Origin: an uncultured Verrucomicrobiae bacterium
GTDB taxonomy: Bacteria > Verrucomicrobiota > Verrucomicrobiia > Chthoniobacterales > UBA10450
Assembly (NCBI GenBank): GCA_963801815.1
Contig: CAWDGJ010000001.1
Span: 239,914 to 303,913 of the forward strand
DNA: 64,000 nucleotides
Reading direction: 5' to 3'
This document shows, in pieces, positions 20,916-31,727 of the stretch; within the stretch, counting starts at the first letter, position 1, and every line of letters begins with the position of its first letter. The position numbers were made by a program, and so were the translations under genes. The notes under the pieces are model-generated. The model was not told the origin of the DNA. It ran no database searches and saw only the letters and a program-made list of their open reading frames with translations.

Positions 20916-21070
20916 GTTGTCGGTTTCCACGAAATTGAGGACGCGACCGAAGAGAAGTTGCGCTCCCGACAAGACCCTTTGGGCCGTCGGGGTAGCGCTC
21001 ACCAGAATTTGCTGACTGCGACTGCGGCTTGCGCGCAACATTCGCTGGCTGGCCTATCGCACGCCGACGC
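20916..21070. ncRNA. Candidate structured RNA of unknown class
   Basis: Nested complementary segments: GTCGG(20919)/CCGAC(21064), GTTGCGC(20957)/GCGCAAC(21033), CCCGAC(20965)/GTCGGG(20986), GACCC/GGGCC around a TTT loop. Confidence 0.3.
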
Positions 21071-21198
21071 CGCCGCCACAGCGGAAACGCTTGATAAGCT
21101 CGACCGACCGGATCGGTCAAGTGTTGAAACTTGATTGCACGAGTGGTTAATTTGTTCGCACTTGCGCAAAGGCAATTCATCGCGTGCAATATCGCGCG

Positions 21199-21957
21199 AT
21201 GAGATTCGAGAACCAGAATGCGATTGTGACCGGCGCGGGGCGGGGGATTGGGAATGCGATCGCGCTCCGGCTCGCGGCTGAAGGTGCCCGCGTTGCCTGT
21301 GTCAGTCGAAGCGAAGCGAACGCGAAACGCACTGCCGACGAAATAAACACCTTGCGAAAGGATGCAGGCGGGACGCCTGCCGCCACAGCGTACACCGTCG
21401 ATGTGGCCGATCACGCCGCAGTCCAAAAAATTGGGGGGCAGATTCTCTCCGATTTCACCAAGATCGACATTCTGGTGAACAACGCCGGCGTGACGCGGGA
21501 TGGTCTCGCCATGCGAATGTCGATCGAGGATTGGGACACCGTCCTCAACACGAACTTGCGCGGCGCGTTCAATTTCACCCAATCGGTGATACGCGCGATG
21601 ATCAAGCAACGCAGCGGCCGAATCATTAACATCACGTCAGTGATCGGTTTGATCGGTAACGCTGGCCAGACGAACTACGCGGCGAGCAAAGCGGGATTGA
21701 TTGGCTTCACCAAGTCGCTCGCGCGCGAGCTGGCGAGCCGGAACATTACCGTCAACGCGATCGCGCCCGGGTTCATCGCCACTGACATGACCGCTGGATT
21801 GTCGGACGAAATTAAGAAGACAATCCAGTCGCAGATTCCGCTCGGCAAAACCGGCACGCCCGAAGACATTGCCAATACAGCCGCGTTTCTCGCGTCGGCT
21901 GAAGCGAGCTACATCACCGGTCAGGTGATCTGCGTCGATGGCGGAATGGTGATGTAA
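21199..21957 (+). CDS. fabG: 3-oxoacyl-ACP reductase
   Basis: TGAGRGIG, LVNNAGVTRD, GNAGQTNYAASKAG, NAIAPGFI, YITGQVICVDGG. Confidence 0.95.
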   Translation: MRFENQNAIVTGAGRGIGNAIALRLAAEGARVACVSRSEANAKRTADEINTLRKDAGGTPAATAYTVDVADHAAVQKIGGQILSDFTKIDILVNNAGVTRDGLAMRMSIEDWDTVLNTNLRGAFNFTQSVIRAMIKQRSGRIINITSVIGLIGNAGQTNYAASKAGLIGFTKSLARELASRNITVNAIAPGFIATDMTAGLSDEIKKTIQSQIPLGKTGTPEDIANTAAFLASAEASYITGQVICVDGGMVM

Positions 21958-21995
21958 GCTCAGTCGCAAGCACTGAATCTGCTCAGCAGTATGGG

Positions 21996-22625
21996 GTGAA
22001 GTTTCTTGGCTTCGTCCTTCTTCTCGCCGCCGCGATATTCACCTGGCATCAGTTGCACCGGCCGATCGAATATTCGCCTGGAATCTTGATTTCGTCCGAG
22101 CCGGAGCAAACGCAGACCGTCGATTCGTCGATGGCGTACGGAGATTATCAACTCACGCCGCTAGCGCATTTCGCGCTCGACGCCCGCGTACTTCATCTAA
22201 AAATCTACCGTTGGGACCAGAGAGCGTCACTCGTTCCGGTAGATCTTGCGCTTGGCTGGGGGCCAATGTCCGATCAGCGCGTGCTTGATCAGATCAACAT
22301 CACCCAAAGCATGCGGTTTTACTGGTTCGCCTATAGATTGCCGGCACCAATTTCGAACGAGCAAATCATTTCGCACTCAACGAATGTTCACATAATTCCT
22401 GCAACGCGGGAGATTGCGTCCCGATGCAAATCGTTGCGCACTGGCGAGCTGGTGCATTTGGGCGGAGACCTCGTGCAGGCCACTGGGCATGGACTCAGCC
22501 CGTGGAGGAGCTCGCTCAGCCGAACCGATACCGGCAATGGCGCCTGTGAATTAATGTGGGTCAGCGAATTGTCGATCTTGCCCGCGCCTTCGCCGCAAAA
22601 TCGAGAGTCAGTCGCCAACCGCTGA
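21996..22625 (+). CDS. Conserved exported hypothetical protein
   Basis: N-terminal hydrophobic anchor; motif-like DLALGWGPMSD and SSLSRTDTGNGACE. Confidence 0.7.
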   Translation: MKFLGFVLLLAAAIFTWHQLHRPIEYSPGILISSEPEQTQTVDSSMAYGDYQLTPLAHFALDARVLHLKIYRWDQRASLVPVDLALGWGPMSDQRVLDQINITQSMRFYWFAYRLPAPISNEQIISHSTNVHIIPATREIASRCKSLRTGELVHLGGDLVQATGHGLSPWRSSLSRTDTGNGACELMWVSELSILPAPSPQNRESVANR

Positions 22626-22638
22626 CCCCCGCTGATTT

Positions 22639-23904
22639 TTACACGGCGGCTTCGGCGCGTACCTGCTGCTGAATACTCGCCGGCGTAAAACCGAATCGCT
22701 CGCAATACTCGGCAAAGCCGTTGGTTCCTTCCAACTGGAAGTAAGCGGCGTTATAGCGATGAACACCATTTCTGCGTGGCGTTTGCTCTGCCAGGACCGC
22801 ACGCATCTTCTGCTCGATTTCGGGTTTGAGGTCCCAGCCAAAATGTTCGTAAACGCGACGCGCGGCAGCAATCGCGTCACGCCGGATTTCGTTGTAATAA
22901 ACATCGCAAATCCGATCTGTCGGCAGTTGATCGCGAACCTGCATGAAAGTTTTCACGGCGTCCGACCAATAGACCATGGCATCGCTCCCCACCTGGAGCG
23001 GGTCCACTGCGTCGCTGAACACGCGCCGGAGGATCGTGACAAGACTCGAGACCGACGCGACCGCATCAATGGGATTACGGTGTAACTGCACGAACTTGGC
23101 GTCGGGATAGATCGACAGCAACGCCGGCGCTGCGAACATGTGGGCCGGAGCTTTTAGGATCCAGCGCTCCGCCGAGCTTCGGAATTGCAGATGCTGCAGA
23201 AACCGCCGGTGATAGGAATAGGCTGGCCGCAAATCCTGGCGAAAGAACCACGCCCGATAGGACGGAATGTTGTACATCGTGTCGAACTGGTCGCTCAGAA
23301 AGGTTGGGCTGATGAGAGAAACACATTCCTGCGGGAGCTCGGCGCCTGTCGCGTGAACGCTTTCAAAAGTCGGTGCCAACCAGCGAAGCATCGCGAGGTC
23401 GCGGGCAGCATGACGGGTCCGTTGTTGTCGATCCTCCGCGCTTGGCGGCGAAGGCGACATGACCTCCCACGTCAATGGAACGCGGTGTGCCGGGTCGGCA
23501 GCGAGGAGCGTGTGCAAAAGTGTGGTCCCGCTGCGCGGCAAACCGACAATAAATAGCGGTTGGCGAATTTCCTGGGTGGCGATTTCAGGATGAAGCCGCC
23601 GATCCCGCGCGAGACGCAACCGATTGCACAAGATTCTCACGACATCATTCTTAAGCGCAAGTTTGCCGATCACGTTTAGCCGCGCCTCACGATGACTCGA
23701 TTCCAGCAAGCGTGAGAGCGGTTCGAAAAACTCCGGCTCCCCGAAATCTTCGAGCTCACAACGTCGTTTGGCGCTTTCGATTAACTGCGCTGGGGAGAAA
23801 GCCTTCGTCTGAAAGCCGATCTTCTCGAGCGCGGCACCAGATTTGTTGAGCAGCCGGATAATCCAGGGAGCTCGCGTCTCTTCAACCGTGGTCGGACCTG
23901 TCAT
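22639..23904 (-). CDS. Sulfotransferase family protein
   Basis: PAPS-binding [26 protein letters not shown]...S. Likely start is the ATG at 23904. Confidence 0.9.
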   Translation of the reverse strand: MTGPTTVEETRAPWIIRLLNKSGAALEKIGFQTKAFSPAQLIESAKRRCELEDFGEPEFFEPLSRLLESSHREARLNVIGKLALKNDVVRILCNRLRLARDRRLHPEIATQEIRQPLFIVGLPRSGTTLLHTLLAADPAHRVPLTWEVMSPSPPSAEDRQQRTRHAARDLAMLRWLAPTFESVHATGAELPQECVSLISPTFLSDQFDTMYNIPSYRAWFFRQDLRPAYSYHRRFLQHLQFRSSAERWILKAPAHMFAAPALLSIYPDAKFVQLHRNPIDAVASVSSLVTILRRVFSDAVDPLQVGSDAMVYWSDAVKTFMQVRDQLPTDRICDVYYNEIRRDAIAAARRVYEHFGWDLKPEIEQKMRAVLAEQTPRRNGVHRYNAAYFQLEGTNGFAEYCERFGFTPASIQQQVRAEAAV

Positions 23905-23984
23905 TCCGACATGTTGTTTGCGGGAGCGGCAAAGGCAAGCGCAAGTCTGGTTGCGCCCGGTGCACAGGCGTTCGATCATTTAAT

Positions 23985-24461
23985 ATGACGACGGAAAAAG
24001 CGACGTTTGGCGCAGGTTGTTTTTGGGGCGTGGAAGAAGCTTTTCGAAATCTGAAAGGCGTGACATCCACTGCGGTCGGTTACGCGGGCGGGACAAAGGA
24101 CAATCCCAGCTACGAAGATGTTTGTTCCGACGAGACCGGCCACGCCGAAGTCGTGCAGGTCGAATTCGATCCTTCGCAAATCAGCTACGACAAACTCCTG
24201 GATGTTTTCTGGTCGAACCACAATCCGACCACGATGAACCGCCAGGGTCCGGATGTTGGGACGCAATACCGCTCCGTGATTTTTTATCATTCGCCGGAGC
24301 AAAAAGCGGCGGCAGAAGCGTCGAAACAAAAACTTGCCGCCAGCGGCAAGTTCAACCGGCCGATTGTGACTCAGATCGAGCCTGCGCCGAAGTTTTGGCG
24401 GGCCGAGGAATATCACCAGCGATATCTCGCGAAGCGCGGCCAATCGCATTGCGCCATTTGA
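23985..24461 (+). CDS. msrA: Peptide methionine sulfoxide reductase A
   Basis: [33 protein letters not shown]. Confidence 0.97.
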   Translation: MTTEKATFGAGCFWGVEEAFRNLKGVTSTAVGYAGGTKDNPSYEDVCSDETGHAEVVQVEFDPSQISYDKLLDVFWSNHNPTTMNRQGPDVGTQYRSVIFYHSPEQKAAAEASKQKLAASGKFNRPIVTQIEPAPKFWRAEEYHQRYLAKRGQSHCAI

Positions 24462-24465
24462 CAGG

Positions 24466-25158
24466 ATGTGCGCAGAAGTCGTTCGAACAAAAAACTTCGT
24501 TGCTGACGCGGCCCGTTTCATTGTCGATCTCGCTCACCAGGCACTGGCGGAGCGGAACGAATTTCGGATTGCGCTTGCAGGCGGAAACACGCCGCGCCCC
24601 GTTTATTCCGAGGTCGCGCGGACTGGGCACGATTTGCCCTGGGACCGTGTGCTAATCACGTTCGGGGACGAGCGTTGCGTTCCGCCGGACGACGAGCAAA
24701 GCAATTTCCGCATGGCGCGCGAGACATTGTTCGTTCCGGCGGCGATTCCGGAGAAATCGATTTTGCGAATGCGCGGCGAGATCGAGCCGCAAATCGCCGC
24801 GCAGGAATATCAGGACGATCTCGATTTTATCGCGACCCAGCGCGGCGAACAGATTTATCGACACGATCTGATTTTGCTTGGATTGGGGGACGACGGTCAC
24901 ACGGCATCCTTGTTCCCGGAAACCGCGGCGGTAAACGAAATATCTCGTCGCGTCGTCGCCAATTTCGTTCCGAAGTTTAACTCGTGGCGGCTGACCTTTA
25001 CCTTTCCGCTGATCAATCACGCGCGGAACGTTTGCTTTCTAGTGAACGCCAACAAAAACGCGGAGCTGATCGATCGCGTGATCAACGGCGACTCAAAATT
25101 TCCAGCGTCGCGCGTGAACCCTAGCGCCGGCAAGCTGACTTGGATTTTGGGACTGTAG
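24466..25158 (+). CDS. pgl: 6-phosphogluconolactonase
   Basis: LAGGNTP, GDERCVP, SNFRMA, LGLGDDGHTASLFP, RLTFTFP. Confidence 0.95.
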   Translation: MCAEVVRTKNFVADAARFIVDLAHQALAERNEFRIALAGGNTPRPVYSEVARTGHDLPWDRVLITFGDERCVPPDDEQSNFRMARETLFVPAAIPEKSILRMRGEIEPQIAAQEYQDDLDFIATQRGEQIYRHDLILLGLGDDGHTASLFPETAAVNEISRRVVANFVPKFNSWRLTFTFPLINHARNVCFLVNANKNAELIDRVINGDSKFPASRVNPSAGKLTWILGL

Positions 25159-25201
25159 CGGCGATTTATGATCGCCGTCGGCGGTCCAGACCGTCGCTAC
25201 A
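25154..25201. repeat. GTAG-family REP-like palindrome
   Basis: TGTAGCGGCG...CGTCGCTACA termini with an internal GGCGAT/ATCGCC hairpin; contains the pgl TAG stop. Confidence 0.6.
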
Positions 25202-25204
25202 ATT

Positions 25205-25609
25205 TCAGTATTGCTCGCCTTCGTCTGGCGTCGGCGTGATTCGGTCGTCGATGGCCCAGACGTGCAACATCACCGCGCCCCAATACGGGATCAGCATCAG
25301 GATTCCCCAACCGGCGGACGCCATCGCCGCGATAATCGCAAACACGATCGCCAGCGGCGTGATAAGAAACAGAATGAATGCGCCCATTGCGCGATGCCCT
25401 TTGTAAATGTGGCCGAGGCCGGGAATAATGCTGAGCAAAATAGCCATCGCGTCACTCGCTTTCGGCTCGGCCGGCTTGGTCGCCTCCAGCGTCCAATCAC
25501 AATTCGTGCACGAAGTCGCGTTTTTCGGGAGCAGTGTTCCGCAGTACGGGCAAGGCTTCGTGTCCCAGCTAATTTCTTGCGTTTGAGTCGGCGCGTCGCT
25601 GTATTCCAT
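25205..25609 (-). CDS. Zinc-ribbon membrane protein
   Basis: CPYC...CTNC followed by LSIIPGLGHIY (TM2-like) and TM helices. Confidence 0.75.
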   Translation of the reverse strand: MEYSDAPTQTQEISWDTKPCPYCGTLLPKNATSCTNCDWTLEATKPAEPKASDAMAILLSIIPGLGHIYKGHRAMGAFILFLITPLAIVFAIIAAMASAGWGILMLIPYWGAVMLHVWAIDDRITPTPDEGEQY

Positions 25610-25667
25610 TGGAATTAAATCGCAATTCAACGTCCCAAGAGCTGCCGATTTCGTCAAGCATTCCTGT

Positions 25668-25777
25668 TGTCATCCCGAACGTATGTGAGGGATCTCGCAC
25701 TCGAAGCGCGGATCACGCAAAGTAAATTGTGTAATCATTCGACTTGTGGGAGATCCTTCGCTCTGCTCAGGATGACA
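25668..25777. mobile_element. MITE/REPIN-like element (110 bp)
   Basis: Imperfect ~32 bp terminal inverted repeats starting TGTCATCC and ending GGATGACA. Confidence 0.65.
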
Positions 25778-25822
25778 GAGGGTTGAAGGGACTGGCGACG
25801 CGCTAGCAAATGTTGCAAGCCT

Positions 25823-26581
25823 ATGGTCACACTTTCCGAAATTGTCGAATACACGAGCGACTATCTGCGAATTGAAGAGATTGAAGACTGGCCGAATGCG
25901 CTGAATGGTCTGCAAATTGAAAATTCCGGCAAGGTGCACGAAAATCGGCGCGGCGGTGGATGTTTCGACGCGCGTGCTAGGTGAAGCCGCGAAGAAGAAT
26001 ATCGATCTTCTGATTGTGCATCACGGTTTGTTCTGGCCGGGATTGCAGAGCGTGACCGGCGCGTTGCGCCGCCAATTGAAGATCGCATTCGAGAACGACA
26101 TCGCGCTTTACAGCGCGCACCTGCCGCTCGATATGCATTCGAAAGTCGGCAACAACGCACAGCTCGCGGCCGCGCTTGGATTGAAATCGACCAAGCGGTT
26201 CTTGAAAGAGAAAGGACAATCGGTCGGACTGAAGGCCAAGACGTCAACTCCGCGCAGTGTGTTGATCCGGAAACTGAAGACGGTCCTCGGCGGTCCAGTT
26301 AAGACGTTTAATTTCGGTCCCAAGCCAATCGCGGCGAGTCGGAATCGTTACGGGCGCGGCCGGCTCGGAGATTTATCGCGTCGCCGAAGCGAAGATCGAC
26401 ACGTTCATTACCGGCGAAGCGCCGCATTGGGCGGCGGTTGCTGCGGAAGAGCTCGGGAATGAATCTGATTCTCGGCGGTCATTACGCGACCGAGACCTTC
26501 GGCGTCAAAGCGCTCGCCGCGCACTTATCGATTAAATTTCAGCTGCCGTTCGAATTTATCGATTGTCCAACCGGATTGTAA
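25823..26581 (+). CDS. Nif3/YbgI-like dinuclear metal-centre protein, with at least three frameshifts
   Basis: Reassembled pieces: MVTLSEIV...DWPNALNGLQIEN, AAVD...IVHHGLFW...YSAHLPLD.H..VGNN, FITGEAPH, GGHYATETFGV...DCPTGL*. Confidence 0.85.
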
Positions 26582-26599
26582 CGGTTCATCATCGTCGTT

Positions 26600-28896
26600 G
26601 TGATCGACGACCCCCTGGCCCTCGGAATTCTCGCGTTAGCCGCGCTGGTAGTGGCAATCGTAGCCTTGGCGAAGCTCACCCAGCTTAATGCGAGCATCGA
26701 AGAGTTGAAGCGCCGGTTAGGCAAGCTCGAGGGCGGCGGGGAAGCTCCGATTCAAAAATCGGCACCGCAGAGAGCTGCGGTTCCTCCTCCGCTGCCGGCG
26801 TATGCGACGCAACCAAAAGTCACGACACCAGCTCCCCTCTACCGCTGACTGCTCCGGCGAAGCCGCTTCCGACATTCAATTGGGAGTCCATTCTCGGCGT
26901 AAAGCTTTTCGCCTGGATCGGCGGCTTCGCGTTTTTCCTCGGCGTTGTCTTTTTCGTCAAATACGCGTTCGAAAACAATTGGATCACGCCGGCGATGCGA
27001 ATTGTCGCGGGCGCGATCGTTGGCATCGCGCTGGTAATCGTTGCTTTGTTGCAGCGCGTTCGACGTTATCGAATTCCGGCGCAAAGTCTGTGCGCGACCG
27101 GCGTGTTGATTCTGTATGCCGACACTTACGCCGCGCATGCGTTCTACAATTTGATTCCGCTGACCGCGACGATGGCAGCTGATGTGGATCGTCACCGCCG
27201 TCGCGCTGTTTCTCGCGCACTATCTCGCCGCTCAAGGCATCGCCTGGCTTGCGAATCATTGGAGGTTTTGCGACTCCGTATCTTGTTTCGAAGATTCATA
27301 CAACAATTCTTGGTTTGTTTTGCCTACATCGACGGTGCTCGACTGCGCGATCGCTGCCGTGGCTGCGCTCAAGCGTTGGACGTTATCTTATTCTGATCGC
27401 AGCGATCGGTTCCGATAGCGTCGGATGGTTGGTCAGGCCACGATTGGTCGAGCGAATGTTACATCGACAGCTGGCGTGGCCCGGCGGCCCACCTTACGAG
27501 CGTCAATTGTTGTTCCTAGTTGGTCCATGCAGTTCGGCATCAAGCTTTATTTCTGTTAATCTCGTTTCGCTCAGATCTGCCAAATTGAATGATGCCTGGA
27601 CGATCGCGGCGGTTGCAGTCACTGGCGCACCGCAATGTGGCTCTCCAATGCGGGTTCGAGCTTTCCGATTGGACTGCTCAACATTGGTTTTGGGGGATTC
27701 TCAAGCTCCCCGTCGCTATCGCGACTTGCTCGTCGGTTGCGGCCGTTCAACGCGGCGATGATCGAAGTCAAAGGCAGTTTGCATAGTTGTCGGAGTAACA
27801 CTTGTCTTGGCGTGCATAGTTGAATGGACGGTATGCAGTTCAATATTTGGTGAGTTCGACGTTAAGTTTCCCTGCGGTGCGGCCTGTTTGGTACATCGGC
27901 ATTTTTCTTCTCTTTGACTCAACGCCGTATGTTTACAGCACACGACGCTTGTGGCCTTGGGTGATCGCAGCTATCGCGGCACCGTTGCAGTTTTGCTTTG
28001 TCCACTGGTGGCTGACTGATGGTACCGGCGCTGCAATGGCGTCTTTGGCATTTGGTGCGAGGGTTGTATTCCTCACGCGTGGCTGTGGCTGCCGACGCTT
28101 GCGTTCGCTCTGCCCGCCGCGATTGGCGTTTGGTACCTGGTCAAAAAAGAGAACGTCGATCTCGCCTCGGGCGATTCGCGACTGGCGACACAAGGCGCGG
28201 CTGTGTTGGCGTTCGTCAGTCTTGTTTTCCCGGTCCAGTTTCATCGCGAATGGATCACGCTCGGTTGGGCGATCGAAGGTTCCCTATTAATTTTACTTTT
28301 CCGCTGGATCCCAAACCGACGCTTGCGCGCTGGCGCGTTAATCATTCTCGCGGGAGCATTCGTGCGCTTGGCGCTAAATCCGGCGGTGTTGAGTTATCAC
28401 CCGCGAACTCCACGTTCCGATCTGGAATTGGTATCTATACGCCTACGGCATCACCGCGATTTGCTTTTTCATCAGCGCGCAATGGTTTGGTGCGCCCAAA
28501 GAAAAATCTTATGAAAAGTTCGCCACGCCGCTGCTCTATTCGCTGGCGGGAATTGTTCTGTTTCTGCTGATGAACATCGAGATCGCCGATTACTTCTCAA
28601 TCGGTCCGACGCTAACATTTTCTTTTTCCGGAAACTTTGCCCGCGACATGGCTTACACCATCGCGTGGTCGCTGTTCGCATTTTGTCTGCTCGTCCTTGG
28701 GATCGCGCGAAACGTTCGCGCGATTCGTCTCGTTGCGATCGGATTACTGCTAGTGACGTTTGCGAAGCTGTTTTTGCACGATCTCGACACTTTGAAACAG
28801 CTTTATCGAATCGGCGCGTTCATTGCCGTCGCTATCGTAGCGATCGTAGCGTCTTTCGTTTACCAGCGTTTCTTGTTGCCCCAGACCAAGACGTGA
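26600..28896 (+). CDS. DUF2339-type large membrane protein, heavily frameshifted
   Basis: Successive fragments: NWESILGVKLFAWIGG...FVKYAFENNWI, IIGGFATP, WITLGWAIEG, YTIAWSLFA, KLFLHDL...YRIGAFI. Confidence 0.7.
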
Positions 28897-28950
28897 GAGT
28901 GCCGCATTTTTTGCTTTCGTTAATTCGCGGACGTTGTTCTTTGTTCGCCG

Positions 28951-30582
28951 ATGGCTGAGGCGAAACCGCAGCGAGTAAGCACCCGAGCGACCGGGGTGGT
29001 CGGCATCGCTGTCCTTTGCTCGCGCGTTCTTGGATTGATTCGCGAACAGGTGTTCGCCGGACTTTTCGGCGCCGGCAAGAACCTCGACGCGTTCCTGATC
29101 GCGTTTCGGGTTCCGAACCTGCTGCGCGACTTGTTTGCCGAAGGCGCGCTCTCGACGGCGTTCATCACAACGTTCTCCAGGAAAATTGCGACCGAGGGAG
29201 ATGAGTCGGCCTGGCGCCTCGGGAACAAAGTCGCAACGCTCACCGCGGTTTTCATGAGCGTGGTCACGCTGCTCGGGATCATCTTTGCGCCCCAAATTAT
29301 TTATGTGATGACCGGTTTCGGCGGCTGGTCGCCCGACAAAACGGCGACCACGATCTTGCTCACGCGGATCATGTGGCCGTTCATCCTGCTCGTTTCGCTG
29401 GCCGCACTGGTGATGGGAATGCTCAACGCCAAGAATGTCTTCGGCGCGCCGGCGATGGCATCGAGTTATTTCAACCTCGGCTCAATCATTGGTGGCGTTG
29501 CGTTCGGTTACTGGCTCGATCCACATTTCGGCACGCGTTCGCTGATCGGATTGTCGATTGGAACTTTGATCGGCGGGTTATGGCAATTGACCGCGCAATT
29601 TCCGCCGCTGCGCCGCGTGGGTTACAAGTACCATCCTGATTTCCATTGGCGCGACCCCGGCGTGCGGACGGTGCTCACGTTGATGGCCCCGGCGGTGATC
29701 GCGGCCAGCGCGGTGCAGGTCAACGTTCTGGTTAACAGCGCTTTTGCTGCGCGGGTGACGGACGCTGCCGGTCACGTGATCGACGGTCCGGTGAGCTGGT
29801 TGAACATTGCATTTCGTTTGATGCAATTGCCGCTCGGAATTTTTGGAGTTGCGGTAGGAACGGTAACGCTGCCGCTCGTTTCGCGAACGGCCGCCTTGGG
29901 CGACATGGCTGGGTTTCGATCCGCATTAGCGCACGCAATTCGACTGGTGATGTTGCTGACAATTCCGGCCGCGGTCGGATTGATTATTCTCGCGGAACCA
30001 ATCATCAGCGTGATCTACCAGCACGGAAGATTTACGGCGGAATCGACGCGGCAGACGGCCGCGGCGTTGCAGTTTTATGCGATCGGTCTTGCTGCGTATT
30101 CGGCGGTGAAAGTCTTGGCCCCTGCGTTTTACGCCCTCGACAGGCGGTATCTGCCAATGATGGTCAGCATTTTGTCGATCATCATCAATTTCGTTTTGAA
30201 CTGGTTTTTTATGTTCAAGCTTGGCCTAGGTCATCGCGGCCTGGCGCTTGCGGTCAGCATCGTCGCCATCATCAACTTCGTGCTTCTATATATAATGATG
30301 CAAAAACACGCCGGGCCGATGGAAACCGGGGCGCTTTTTGAGTTACTCGCCAAGCTGGTGGTCCCGCTCGCGCTTCTCGCGGGAGTTTGCTGGCTGTCGC
30401 TTCAGACAATGTTTTATCCGGGCGCCCACTTGCCGGGATGGCAAATGGTTTTTGGCGTTCTGTTGGTGATCGGCGTCGCGGCAACGATGTTCTTCGGAAG
30501 CGCGTTCCTGTTTCGCGTCGATGAAGTGCGCGACGTGGTCGATCTGGTTCGTCGCAAACTTGGTAGGGGCGGTTCACGGTAA
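28951..30582 (+). CDS. murJ: Lipid II flippase MurJ
   Basis: SRVLGLIRE, AFRVPNLLRDLFAEGALSTAF, RLMQLPLGIFG, many TM helices. Confidence 0.95.
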   Translation: MAEAKPQRVSTRATGVVGIAVLCSRVLGLIREQVFAGLFGAGKNLDAFLIAFRVPNLLRDLFAEGALSTAFITTFSRKIATEGDESAWRLGNKVATLTAVFMSVVTLLGIIFAPQIIYVMTGFGGWSPDKTATTILLTRIMWPFILLVSLAALVMGMLNAKNVFGAPAMASSYFNLGSIIGGVAFGYWLDPHFGTRSLIGLSIGTLIGGLWQLTAQFPPLRRVGYKYHPDFHWRDPGVRTVLTLMAPAVIAASAVQVNVLVNSAFAARVTDAAGHVIDGPVSWLNIAFRLMQLPLGIFGVAVGTVTLPLVSRTAALGDMAGFRSALAHAIRLVMLLTIPAAVGLIILAEPIISVIYQHGRFTAESTRQTAAALQFYAIGLAAYSAVKVLAPAFYALDRRYLPMMVSILSIIINFVLNWFFMFKLGLGHRGLALAVSIVAIINFVLLYIMMQKHAGPMETGALFELLAKLVVPLALLAGVCWLSLQTMFYPGAHLPGWQMVFGVLLVIGVAATMFFGSAFLFRVDEVRDVVDLVRRKLGRGGSR

Positions 30583-30616
30583 CCGCCCGCGGGCGATTAA
30601 GGCAATCGCCCCTACC
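30562..30616. repeat. GTAG-family REP doublet, copy 1
   Basis: GGTAGGGGCGGTTCAC...AACCGCC...GATT...AATCGCCCCTACC; related copies at 41655-41725 and 54775-54828. Confidence 0.8.
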
Positions 30617-31727
30617 TTAGTGCTTGATCGAGGTCGTCGATCAGGTCGTCGGCGTTCTCGAGACCGATCGATAAACGAAGCAAACCTTCCGGAGACTTCG
30701 TTCCCGGGCCTTCGATCGATGCGCGATGTTCGATCAAACTCTCGATTCCACCCAAGCTGGTCGCACGCGTAAAGATTTTCGTCTTTGTGCTGACTTTCAT
30801 CGCCGCATCGCGGCCGCCTTTCACTTCGAACGAGAGCATCCCGCCGAACATCGACATCTGCTTCTTCGCGATCTCGTGTCCGGGATGCTTGGCTAATCCC
30901 GGATAGTGCACTCGCTCGACGTTGCGATGTTGCGACAAAAACTGCGCAACTTTCGCTGCGTTTTCCGAGTGCGCCCTCATCCGCCACGGCAATGTGCGCA
31001 TGCCGCGCAAGACCAGCCAGCAATCGAAGGGTGAGGGGACTGCGCCGCCTTCGTATTGAATGCCGCGGATGCGTTGAAACAAATCGTTGTCGGTTCTTGT
31101 GACGACAATTCCGCCGAGGACGTCGCAATGTCCGCCAAAGTATTTCGTCGTTGAATGCATGACGAAATCAGAGCCGAGATCGAACGGTCGCTGCAATGTC
31201 GGCGCCCAGGTGTTATCGCAAACGCAAAGCGCGCCCGCGTCGTGCACGACTTTTGCAATCGCAGCAAGATCAACAATTTTCAGGAGCGGATTGGAAGGTG
31301 TCTCCATCCAGGCGAGCTTCGTTTTCGGGCGAAGCGCTTTTTTCACGGCAGTGAGGTCGCTCATGTCGACGAAGTCCGCCTCCAACCCCCAGCGCAAAAA
31401 GATTTCGCGGAGTAATCGCGTTGTCCCGTAGTAAGCATCGATATGTGCAACCACGTGATCGCCTGGGTTGAGCGCCTGAAAAATCGCAGCGCTCGTTCCA
31501 CTGCCTGATGCGAACGCGGCCGCGGCGACTCCGCCCTCGAGTGCGCTGACTCCTTCCTCGAGCGCTTGCCGGTTCGGGTTGTTGTTCCGCGTGTACATGA
31601 ATCCGCGGGAGTAGGCGCCGTCAACGTCGCGCTCGAACGTTGTGGAAAGATTAATCGGCGGCGAGACAGCGCCGGTTGCGGAGTCGATGCGGTTACCGGC
31701 ATGCACGGCGAGGGTTTCGATTTTCAT
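30612..31727 (-). CDS. Cys/Met metabolism PLP enzyme (cystathionine gamma-synthase/lyase family)
   Basis: PPINLSTTF, YTRNNNPNR, ETPSNP, DNTWA, HSTTKYFGGH (PLP Lys), TSLGGIESL, RLSIGLE. Confidence 0.92.
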   Translation of the reverse strand: MKIETLAVHAGNRIDSATGAVSPPINLSTTFERDVDGAYSRGFMYTRNNNPNRQALEEGVSALEGGVAAAAFASGSGTSAAIFQALNPGDHVVAHIDAYYGTTRLLREIFLRWGLEADFVDMSDLTAVKKALRPKTKLAWMETPSNPLLKIVDLAAIAKVVHDAGALCVCDNTWAPTLQRPFDLGSDFVMHSTTKYFGGHCDVLGGIVVTRTDNDLFQRIRGIQYEGGAVPSPFDCWLVLRGMRTLPWRMRAHSENAAKVAQFLSQHRNVERVHYPGLAKHPGHEIAKKQMSMFGGMLSFEVKGGRDAAMKVSTKTKIFTRATSLGGIESLIEHRASIEGPGTKSPEGLLRLSIGLENADDLIDDLDQALR

